Shown: piece by piece, positions 8,837-16,753 of the stretch
Layout: every line of letters begins with the position of its first letter
Position numbering within the stretch: position 1 is the stretch's first letter
Origin: a virus
Taxonomy: Duplodnaviria; Caudoviricetes
Reading direction: 5' to 3' (one strand)
Length of the DNA stretch: 35,807 bases
IMG/VR virus record: IMGVR_UViG_3300046778_000250
Location: 1 to 35,807 of that record
Made by a program: the position numbers and the translations under genes
The notes under the pieces: model-generated
What the model was told of the DNA's origin: nothing
What the model saw: the letters and a program-made list of their open reading frames with translations, nothing else
The model's database searches: none

Positions 8837-9385
8837 ATGATGGTTGAAACTTGGCTTCCGGTAAATGGCTATGAGGGGATTTATGAGGTCAGTAACTTAG
8901 GTCGGGTGAGATCGCTCGATCGAATAGCTATTACTATCACTGGTCGCCCTAGCCCAAGAAAAGGGAGAAACCTAGTCCTTGCTTTGGGTAAACATGGGTA
9001 CCCAGTAGTAACTCTGTGCAACAAAACACAAAAAATGTTTTCAGTACATAGGTTGGTTGCGATAGCATTTATTCCTAATCCTGAGAACAAACCCAGCGTA
9101 AACCATATTGATGGGGATAAAGCAAATAACTCTGTAAATAACTTGGAATGGGTTACGGCATCAGAGAACACAAAACACGCATATGCCAACAACTTAATGG
9201 CTATACCGAAGGGTGAAAAGCATTACAACTCTAAGCTAACGCCAGAGCTTGTTCTGAGAATAAAGAGTTTGAGCAAAGCAGGCCATAGTTCGCCAGTCAT
9301 AGTGTCAATACTAGGTATTGACATAACCGAGCGCGGTATTCGCAAGGTTTTAAACGGTAAAAGTTGGAAACACTTATTGAACTAG
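8837..9385 (+). CDS. NUMOD4-HNH homing endonuclease, antisense to the head operon
   Basis: ETW.[17 protein letters not shown] (NUMOD4); VHRLVA.AFIPNP...[8 protein letters not shown].NN...NLEWVT..EN (HNH); C-terminal HTH ending GKSWKHL. Confidence 0.93.
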   Translation: [182 protein letters not shown]

Positions 9386-9814
9386 ATAGTCTTTGACAAT
9401 TTCTACTATCTCTTCTCTGTCCTCATCGTCCAGTCCTAAGAATGTCCGAGTGTTTTGGGCAAAGAAAGAGTAGAAAATATTAGTACCGATCGCCACACTT
9501 TGATTAGTGGCTTGATAAGTAATCGAGTCTCTTAGGGAAAAAGTATCCTTCAGGATAGCTGAAGGTTCGGCATTGGTGCGATATGGAACCCCCGTGCGTT
9601 TGCGGCGTGCCTTAGCCTTAATAGTAGCCTCTGAGAGACTTTTCCAGGCTGTACCATCAGGGGAAACTTCTTGATCGAACCTGCGTCGGACTTTGCGGAG
9701 TGAATACTCCCCGATGTCGTTGAAAGCAGGCTTTAAATTATTGAGCTTGGCAGTGAGTTCAGAAATGCCGCCTTGGAGTTGGGTATCATCGATGACGATT
9801 TTGATTTGAGTCAC
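9374..9814 (-). CDS. Phage virion morphogenesis protein (Mu gpG-like)
   Basis: RRFDQEVSPDGTAW..LS, IL.DT..LRDSI, IGTN..Y, R.FLG. Confidence 0.88.
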   Translation of the reverse strand: MTQIKIVIDDTQLQGGISELTAKLNNLKPAFNDIGEYSLRKVRRRFDQEVSPDGTAWKSLSEATIKAKARRKRTGVPYRTNAEPSAILKDTFSLRDSITYQATNQSVAIGTNIFYSFFAQNTRTFLGLDDEDREEIVEIVKDYLVQ

Positions 9815-10083
9815 GAGATCACACCTTCGGGTAGTGGTTTGATCGGTAGATCGAGGATCTCTTGTCCCTCGGTTACTCGATATTTTTTCTTACCTACAAT
9901 CAGAGCGTGAATCGCATCACATGGACATGGAGAATCGCCAACATAATGCCCAAACATTCCAAATTGGTTAGGTAGCCATTGAGCTAAATCCTGATAGTCT
10001 CCAGCCCATGTCGCGGCTCCATGTTTATCGGGTTTATCACTGTTGATCGATAGCACTGCATTCTCAATTTCGATTTTAATCAT
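9811..10083 (-). CDS. Small protein coupled to MuF, candidate immunity protein
   Basis: 90 aa; 4-nt overlaps with both neighbours; immunity role inferred from position only. Confidence 0.55.
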   Translation of the reverse strand: MIKIEIENAVLSINSDKPDKHGAATWAGDYQDLAQWLPNQFGMFGHYVGDSPCPCDAIHALIVGKKKYRVTEGQEILDLPIKPLPEGVIS

Positions 10084-11594
10084 TTTCGGATATATCTCAT
10101 TATTAATCTGAAGTGTTCTGGGTCTACTCTGTAGAGATCTACTAGTTTATCTGGATCCGCGAATGCTTGTAATCCCATTGAATAAACCTCGGTAATCCCT
10201 TGCCCGTATAACTTGCCAACGTAGGGATCAATAAAGCTATCAGGGTGAGCCTTTTCTTCGGCTCCATAACCATTATTACCAGTCAGTTGAGATAGCGGTG
10301 TGATTTCACCAGTAGCTCGATCTTTCACCCAGTTCTCAGCATCCACCCCTGCTGATTTGTCCTGGTATTCGCAATGGTGAGCCATCTCATGGAACTGGGT
10401 GATTTTCCTAAACACAGGCGATCGCCCATCGACCAAATGAACGATCCCATTTTTAAGGTCAGCATTAGCTCTGTCATCACCAAACTGGAAAGATTTAATC
10501 ATCGTTGGTTTATCCACAAGCTGACAGAAATCGATCGCAGATTTAAACGTTGCATCCCGATCGGTCGAGCTTGCCTTCTCAACCATCATTCCCGCCACTT
10601 CTTTTTCAGCTCGATCTCGATCGCCCATTTGAGTCAAATCGTGGATAAACTTTTCGGCAACATCTTTATAAGTTGCCGAGCCAAATTCCATGTCATGCTC
10701 AAATTGTTGAGTGAGTTCATAGATATCGCTAGCACGTTCCAGCCGTGATTTAGTCACTGGTGCGTCCTGTTTGTCCGCTCGATGCCAGCGACTGTTTTGC
10801 AGGATCTGATTGCTCCCGTTGCGACGGCGAGTAGTGCCCTCAGGTAGCTTAAATTCAGCCTGTGAGTCGCCCTCTACTAATTTACGGATATCTGGGTCTA
10901 AATTCTTGAGTAGCTCCTCTCGTCGCTCTTTGGTGAGCTTTCCAGGTTTCCAGTCGAAGCCAGGGTCAGGCTCTAACTTTGATACTATTGGCTGTCCAGT
11001 CCTCGGATCGACCATCTCGATCTCGTCGCCACGCTGGAGATCGCTAACCTCTAGATTCTCTCGGTTTAGGTCGCGATCGGACAAACTGAAAACGGTACAG
11101 CGACAGCCAAACCCGTGAGGCCAGAACGGTAATTTGTCTGCGGGAAACACCTTCCCATCTAAGGCAAGGTGAGTTGGTCGAGGCACAGAACTATTACCAT
11201 GCCTTATTTGCCAATATGGGCGAGATTTAAGCGTAGACGGTTCAGTCATCTGTGAGTATCGACCAAATTTATAACTCTGCCTAATATTCATGTCATAAAT
11301 AAGCTGACTTCTCCACGCCCGATCTCCTTTTAACTGCCAGTTATCAACATAAGCATCCGCAATGGCATTGAACCGTTTAGCAAAGTCAGCAATCGAAATT
11401 CCATCGTTAATCGCAGCATCAACCGCATCTCTGAGTTCCTGGAGAATTTGACCCTTTGCCCCTGCTGATGTAAATGCGACTTGAGAAATAAGCCCTTGCC
11501 CCTCTACCCACGAATCTGTGTCAATCCCGATTTTGTCGGCAAAGTATTCTATCGCTTCCTTAAACGGCAACTGAGTTGGGTTTACATCAGGCAT
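10080..11594 (-). CDS. MuF (gpF) head morphogenesis protein with C-terminal HExxH metallopeptidase-like extension
   Basis: LPFKEAIEYF, RPYWQ...RPTHLALDG...P.GFGCRCTV, PDPGFD (MuF); later FHEMAHHCE and TEVYSMG. Confidence 0.85.
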   Translation of the reverse strand: MPDVNPTQLPFKEAIEYFADKIGIDTDSWVEGQGLISQVAFTSAGAKGQILQELRDAVDAAINDGISIADFAKRFNAIADAYVDNWQLKGDRAWRSQLIYDMNIRQSYKFGRYSQMTEPSTLKSRPYWQIRHGNSSVPRPTHLALDGKVFPADKLPFWPHGFGCRCTVFSLSDRDLNRENLEVSDLQRGDEIEMVDPRTGQPIVSKLEPDPGFDWKPGKLTKERREELLKNLDPDIRKLVEGDSQAEFKLPEGTTRRRNGSNQILQNSRWHRADKQDAPVTKSRLERASDIYELTQQFEHDMEFGSATYKDVAEKFIHDLTQMGDRDRAEKEVAGMMVEKASSTDRDATFKSAIDFCQLVDKPTMIKSFQFGDDRANADLKNGIVHLVDGRSPVFRKITQFHEMAHHCEYQDKSAGVDAENWVKDRATGEITPLSQLTGNNGYGAEEKAHPDSFIDPYVGKLYGQGITEVYSMGLQAFADPDKLVDLYRVDPEHFRLIMRYIRK

Positions 11595-11620
11595 TTTGAC
11601 CTCTTATCTTAACTACCATT

Positions 11621-11714
11621 AAACCATAAAACCCGCTATCTGACTGAGGTCTAGACGACGGGATTATGATATAATCGATGTATCTTACGCAAACAATTAT
11701 ACAGAGATTTTAAC
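11621..11714 (+). promoter_or_regulatory. Conserved 94-bp HNH-cassette end with promoter, copy 2
   Basis: 87/94 identity to 8743-8836; TGATATAAT at 11667-11675. Confidence 0.85.
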
Positions 11715-12259
11715 ATGGCAAAGGAGATCTGGAAACCAGTCGTAGGGCTTGAAAATTCCTATCGAGTCAGCAATTTAGGAAGGGTTAAATCGATCAATCG
11801 CATGGTCGCCGCCAGTCAAGGAGGAGGGCAAACGCCAAAAGCTGGGCGTTTGCTTATACTCTCCGTAAACAGACAGGGATACAAGTATGTAGGCCTTTGT
11901 GAGAACGGGAAAAGAAGAACGCTCAAAGTTCATAGATTAGTTGCTATCGCTTTATCCCTAATAATGAAGGTAAGCCATACGTTAATCATATCGACGGGGT
12001 TAAGTCAAACAACAAGGTAGGCAATCTAGAATGGGTGACGGCTCAAGAAAATAGCCTTCATGCTTACAGGGCTGGGCTGTGCAAAGCCATTCAAGGAGTC
12101 GATCAACATGCGGCAAAACTAACGCCAGAGCTTATTCAAAAAGCGAAAGATCTACGGAAGTTAGGGCAATCCTACGAAAAAATAGGAAAGGCAATCGGAG
12201 TGAGCAATGCCGCCGCCCATTCCGCACTGACAGGCAAGACTTGGAAACACCTGCTTTAA
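11715..12259 (+). pseudogene. NUMOD4-HNH endonuclease with a 1-nt frameshift
   Basis: Adding one T to the run at 11951-11953 restores [42 protein letters not shown]...GKTWKHLL, collinear with 8837..9385. Confidence 0.88.
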
Positions 12260-12260
12260 C

Positions 12261-13937
12261 CTAGACACCATTCCTAGCTGCGAGGTATCCAGACATTCCA
12301 GCGACCGTGCTAGCGTCTAGCATAGCGGCTTTAAACTCGGTTGCCGATAAGTCTGGGTAAGAGTCACCTAGCTTCTCTCTGAATTCCATCAAATTCTTAG
12401 AATCGCTCAACAAATCCCTAATCGTGGTGAACCACTCAGTAAAGGTAGCATCGCCGATTGGTTTGAGTTGGGTGAGGATGGGATCGATTGGGTCGGGTTG
12501 CTCGGAGAATTGTGCCGCCACATCATCCAGTGATTGAGCTGATTGCTTTGAAGTCTGAGGGTTGGGAACTGGGGGTTCTCCTGGAACTTGACCTTCACCA
12601 CTTGTCGCATCTCCCAAATTACTAGTAATCGCCGCCACTGCTGTTTCAGTCAAGCTCGGCAGTGCGCCATTAATTAGTCCTGTGACTAGCTCAGAACTCC
12701 ACCCTCCAGCCTTGGCTTGACTAACGATGTTGATTAGCGCGTTTGCCTGTTCCCCATTCAACTGTGGGCTATCATCGCGCTCAGGAATTAGATAATCCTC
12801 ACCGTATCTAGCTGCAATCGCTTCGGGTTTGAGTGAGATTCCCAATCCTTGTAACTTAGTATCGGTATCTGCTAACACTCCCAAGTCAGGAGCGGCTTCA
12901 AGTTTTCGGCGCACCTGGGGATAAGCCGCCCCTGGATAATTCCAGTCGGTCAGCCATCTTGCGACACTATTATTGAACGATTCACACAACAAATCAGCGT
13001 CGGATTCAATGATAGAATCGGCTACGTTTTCGTGTACTTCTGCTTGAGAACGACTGCTGCCATTGTCGGTAGTCATTGTTTGGGACAAGATGATTTTAGC
13101 GATCGACGCATCCATCTGGTCGCACAGTGATTTATAGTCAACTGTGCCATTACGAGCGGATTCTAGGAACTCAATCACCAGCCCTTCTGGAATCATAAAC
13201 CTGTCATCTTGCCCAAAGTTACCGAGGGCATCCCACAAGACGTTTTTCTGCTCATTGGAGGTACCAGCGGGATAGGTGCCCTTACGTGCGGGTGAGGCGA
13301 ATAGTTCCAAGAATCGCATCCACCAGCGGATACCGTTGCGCTTGAAGAATGTGGGCCAATACAGCCAGTGACCCAACCCGCGACCGTATGGCTCATCATC
13401 GTGATCTGCACCAACGGAGAAGTGCCAAAACTTGCGCTCTGGCAATGCTTCACCCAGCGGCTCGTTGAAGGTTTTGAGCCTTAGCTTTTGGTCGATATCA
13501 AAATGGAACCGCCGTCTATCCCGCACCTTGATGTCAGCAATACAAACTTTCCCATCTTGCCTCTCCCAGATTACCTCAGCCGCACTAAACCCATATAGCA
13601 GACCCCACAACATTTTCTCATTACAGTCGTCCCAAGCAATGTTTTTAAGCTGTTCTGAGAGGTGATCGGCTGCTTGTTTGTCGATGCGCTTTTCACCACC
13701 TGGAACTACTTCCCACTCCTTAGAAGTAACCGCACGGAATCGCTGCTGAAGACAAGACTTAACCTGGTCATCCTGAGCAACTTGTTCATAGAGAATGAGG
13801 TCTCCACCACTTTTGAGGTTGAGCAGGCTGTCTTGGGGAGGGAGATAGTTGGCGAGTGCAGTTACCCAGCCACGGGTATAATCTCGACCAGATTTTATAC
13901 CCGCGTATTCTATTAGTGAAACTTTGGTGTCTGGCAA
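12261..13937 (-). CDS. Portal protein (Mu gp29/DUF935-like)
   Basis: LYEQV..D..V.SCLQQR, GFSAAEVIW, PYGRGLG..LYWP.FFK, W..FLE.F..P, SRSQAEVHE. Confidence 0.93.
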   Translation of the reverse strand: MPDTKVSLIEYAGIKSGRDYTRGWVTALANYLPPQDSLLNLKSGGDLILYEQVAQDDQVKSCLQQRFRAVTSKEWEVVPGGEKRIDKQAADHLSEQLKNIAWDDCNEKMLWGLLYGFSAAEVIWERQDGKVCIADIKVRDRRRFHFDIDQKLRLKTFNEPLGEALPERKFWHFSVGADHDDEPYGRGLGHWLYWPTFFKRNGIRWWMRFLELFASPARKGTYPAGTSNEQKNVLWDALGNFGQDDRFMIPEGLVIEFLESARNGTVDYKSLCDQMDASIAKIILSQTMTTDNGSSRSQAEVHENVADSIIESDADLLCESFNNSVARWLTDWNYPGAAYPQVRRKLEAAPDLGVLADTDTKLQGLGISLKPEAIAARYGEDYLIPERDDSPQLNGEQANALINIVSQAKAGGWSSELVTGLINGALPSLTETAVAAITSNLGDATSGEGQVPGEPPVPNPQTSKQSAQSLDDVAAQFSEQPDPIDPILTQLKPIGDATFTEWFTTIRDLLSDSKNLMEFREKLGDSYPDLSATEFKAAMLDASTVAGMSGYLAARNGV

Positions 13938-13953
13938 TGTTGTTATTCTCTGA

Positions 13954-14808
13954 TTAGTTTTTGAGTGAAAGTAATCCTTTCAAATAGGTTTTAACTGCAC
14001 TCCATTGAACGAATGTAACCATATCGCTATCGACCGCTTTGTTGAAAGCTTCGATACCTCTTGATGCCATTGTCCCGATGTGATTGCCGACTAAAACTAC
14101 TGGCAGTTGATATTCAGCGCAATAATCGATCGCTTGGCAGACATCATCACCTGTTACCTTGCCTCGCTTTAGCTCAATAAAACATTTACCAGGAACCCAG
14201 AGATCCATCCGGTGCTTGATTGTCAAGACTTGATTCTCAGCATCAATGCCCATTGAGTGCATCCAGCGCAAAAGATCTTGTTCTAGGTCTTTCTCTTGCA
14301 CCATCTTTTTCTTGACTGGCTTGGGCTTGGGCTGCTCAAAAGGAGGTACATAAGGTCGCGATACTAGCTGAACGTATTCCAGAGGCTGGCTAATAATATT
14401 CTCTTCCCAAACGTCTACGTACTCTTCATCGTATTCCCAGCGAATCACTAAAGTTAGCTTGCCAAGCTTCTCAGCTAAATTAATATATTCAGCTATCCCT
14501 CGGTCTTCGGAGAAATAGATGCGCCCATGCTGTTGCAAGAGTTCGTTGTTCAACTTAGCGACATCAGCTAGTTTTTGTGTAGACCACACCGTCTTAACAT
14601 TATCCTCTCCAGCACAAATAACACGGCAAAGCACAAATTCAAATGGCTTGACCAAGCCAAAATTACTAGCAACTTCGACCCAATCATGCTCGACAATATA
14701 TTTTCCACAAGCTTCTTCGTTCTTGATCTGTTTTTGCCGCCAAGCAGAAAGGCTGCTTACGAGATCGTCACGCTCTTTCTGTAATTCTTCAATGGTGATA
14801 TTATTCAT
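13954..14808 (-). CDS. Accessory gene with C-terminal PD-(D/E)xK restriction-endonuclease-like domain
   Basis: EKDLE...ENQV...RMDLW....FIELK......VCQAIDY; has its own promoter and leader. Confidence 0.75.
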   Translation of the reverse strand: MNNITIEELQKERDDLVSSLSAWRQKQIKNEEACGKYIVEHDWVEVASNFGLVKPFEFVLCRVICAGEDNVKTVWSTQKLADVAKLNNELLQQHGRIYFSEDRGIAEYINLAEKLGKLTLVIRWEYDEEYVDVWEENIISQPLEYVQLVSRPYVPPFEQPKPKPVKKKMVQEKDLEQDLLRWMHSMGIDAENQVLTIKHRMDLWVPGKCFIELKRGKVTGDDVCQAIDYCAEYQLPVVLVGNHIGTMASRGIEAFNKAVDSDMVTFVQWSAVKTYLKGLLSLKN

Positions 14809-14896
14809 TTGTGTTGCCTATGTGTGTAGGTGATACTGCCCCTGGAGATCCGAGTGTTGAACGCACTCCCTCGCGAGGGGCTTTAATATTGTAACA
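14809..14896 (-). promoter_or_regulatory. Extended -10 promoter plus structured 5' leader, copy B
   Basis: TGTTACAAT, then GCCCCT-CGC-GAGG-GAGTG-CGTTCAA-CACTC-GGA-TCTC-C-AGGGGC and CCTA-N6-TAGG. Confidence 0.8.
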
Positions 14897-14943
14897 TTTT
14901 TAGCTAGCATACTTAGTTACTTTAGGGGTGAGTTGGCATTAAC

Positions 14944-15369
14944 CTATCCGCCATAATCCCAGCGGCGGCGGGTGCCTAGGTCTAAATGGGTAAAGGATGG
15001 GCTATCACCTACACCACCATTCCAAGTCTCTGAGAGTTTGCTAGTAACTTCGCGAGGATCGAGGTCGCCAATCAGAATATCGACAGCATGACCTTCGATG
15101 TGTTTGCTGAATCTGGCACCACCTACAGCGCGATTGATTGCGGGTGGACGATACCAACTGGTGATGGTGATCGATCGACCGCCAAACGAGTCACGAACGC
15201 CTTCTAATGCCTTGGCAATTCTGATAATCGATGCAGTCACCTCCTCATCTTCAGGGATTCTGGCACCGCTTTTGGTGGCTTCATACCAGGAAAAATGTGG
15301 GGATTGCAAGCAGATTGGCGCGTCCAAGGCTACGGGCTTGCTGATTCCAGGAACTTTAATTGTTTGCAT
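14944..15369 (-). CDS. Endolysin, peptidase M15A family (start 15369 or 15378)
   Basis: ITSWYRPPAINRAVGGA..SKH..G.AVDI...FTHLD. Confidence 0.9.
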   Translation of the reverse strand: MQTIKVPGISKPVALDAPICLQSPHFSWYEATKSGARIPEDEEVTASIIRIAKALEGVRDSFGGRSITITSWYRPPAINRAVGGARFSKHIEGHAVDILIGDLDPREVTSKLSETWNGGVGDSPSFTHLDLGTRRRWDYGG

Positions 15370-15376
15370 TGACAGC

Positions 15377-15445
15377 ACGCTATTAATAGCGTATTAACGT
15401 TACTATAATCTTATCACTACGCTATTGATAGCATGATAAGATTAT
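15377..15445. promoter_or_regulatory. Divergent late control region with paired palindromic sites
   Basis: ACGCTATTAATAGCGT (15377-15392), ACGCTATTGATAGCAT (15419-15434); ATAATCTTATCA...TGATAAGATTAT (15405-15445). Confidence 0.7.
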
Positions 15446-15449
15446 TCGC

Positions 15450-16376
15450 ATGGCACAAACACTAGACCACCCGATCGAGATTTTTTACCCTGGCAATCAC
15501 ATCGATAGCCAGGGTAAAAAAGTGCGCGTCACTGATGAGCAAGTTGCGGGAATGGTGGCTGATTTTAATGCTGGTAGTCAGCGGGTGCCGTTGGTGCCTG
15601 GACATCCCAGTAATGACAATCCAGCTCTGGGATACGCGACTAAGTTGGCGTTGCGTAATGGTCGGGCGATTGTCACTGAGGTAGATGAGCTAAACCCCGC
15701 ATTTATGGCGATCGTCAATAGTGGCGAACTCAATCGGGTATCGGTCAAGCTGATACTACCAGGGCATCACAGCAATCCTGGTAAAGGACACCAACTCAAG
15801 CATATCGGCTTTTTGGGACGCTCTAGACCAGCTTTAGACCAACTCAAATCGGTTCAGTTCAGCAAGGATGATGGAGAAATAGTACTGATGGCAGATGAGC
15901 GAGATTATGAGGCGGAATTTGCCCAGAAAGAGGCGGAATTTAGCCGTAGGCAACAGGAATTAGAGGCGAAGGAAGCAAAGTTTGCAGCAATGGCTAAGTA
16001 CGAGCCATTTGTAGAGGGCTTAGTAAGGGAAGGGAAAATTACTCCAGCTCAGAAGACCAATATGGTGGGACTGTTCACATCGCTACCGGATGAAGCGGAG
16101 TTTGCTGCTGCTGATGGTACGAAGCAGTCTGGAGCGGATTTTCTCAAAACGTTTTTAGGTGCTTTGCCTAAGCAAATTGATTATAGCGAGGTCGCTAAAA
16201 CGGAAAGCACGGGCGCGACTGAGGCGGCGTTTAAGACGATGGGCAGTAATTGTGATGCAGACTCAGAAGAGTCAGAAATGCACGACAAAATCGTCGCATC
16301 TGGAGTAGATCCCACCAAAGACCCTGAAGGCTATCGAGCCGCAGTGAAAAAAGCTATGGCTAAAGGAGGTAAGTAA
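15450..16376 (+). CDS. Prohead protease/scaffold (Mu gpI-like)
   Basis: IEIF.PG.H.D..G, PLV.GHP....PA.G, RVSV, LKHIGFLG...PA. Confidence 0.88.
   Translation: MAQTLDHPIEIFYPGNHIDSQGKKVRVTDEQVAGMVADFNAGSQRVPLVPGHPSNDNPALGYATKLALRNGRAIVTEVDELNPAFMAIVNSGELNRVSVKLILPGHHSNPGKGHQLKHIGFLGRSRPALDQLKSVQFSKDDGEIVLMADERDYEAEFAQKEAEFSRRQQELEAKEAKFAAMAKYEPFVEGLVREGKITPAQKTNMVGLFTSLPDEAEFAAADGTKQSGADFLKTFLGALPKQIDYSEVAKTESTGATEAAFKTMGSNCDADSEESEMHDKIVASGVDPTKDPEGYRAAVKKAMAKGGK
15888..16376 (+). CDS. Probable in-frame internal scaffold protein
   Basis: GGAG at 15873-15876 precedes an in-frame ATG where the coiled-coil region begins; analogous to Mu I/Z. Confidence 0.5.
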   Translation: MADERDYEAEFAQKEAEFSRRQQELEAKEAKFAAMAKYEPFVEGLVREGKITPAQKTNMVGLFTSLPDEAEFAAADGTKQSGADFLKTFLGALPKQIDYSEVAKTESTGATEAAFKTMGSNCDADSEESEMHDKIVASGVDPTKDPEGYRAAVKKAMAKGGK

Positions 16377-16753
16377 TGCCAGCACCTATCAATACTGGAT
16401 TGCCAGTAAATGTAGTTCAGAGTTTATCGATTAATTACGCCAGTGCAGCGGCAGCTTCAGCCGGACAGTTGGTAGATTTTACTGGCAACTTAGTTACTGT
16501 CGCCACTACCGTTCCTTTTGGCGTGTTGCGAGAGGATGCAACGCAAAACCGAGTAGTTTCGGTTGCGACAGTTGGCATGGTGGAAATGATTGCTGGTGCA
16601 GCGGTGGCGATTGGGGCGGCGATTACCGCAGATGCTACTGGGCGCGGTATCACTGCGGCTGCGGGGAACCAAATCTTCGCGCGTGCCATGTCCGCAACTA
16701 CCGCAGCCGGACAAAGATTTCAAGCTCTAATCACTCGTGAGGGGACAACTTAA
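16376..16753 (+). CDS. Capsid cement/decoration protein (DUF2190-like)
   Basis: Ala/Gly-rich, AGAAVAIGAAITADATGRGI...ARAMSA; between protease and capsid genes. Confidence 0.75.
   Translation: MPAPINTGLPVNVVQSLSINYASAAAASAGQLVDFTGNLVTVATTVPFGVLREDATQNRVVSVATVGMVEMIAGAAVAIGAAITADATGRGITAAAGNQIFARAMSATTAAGQRFQALITREGTT

Noticed and set aside
8741-9400. Group I intron in the gpG-like gene
   Set aside because: No recognisable P7 (R/S) elements, under 100 nt of non-coding sequence, ORF is antisense and the host gene is already complete
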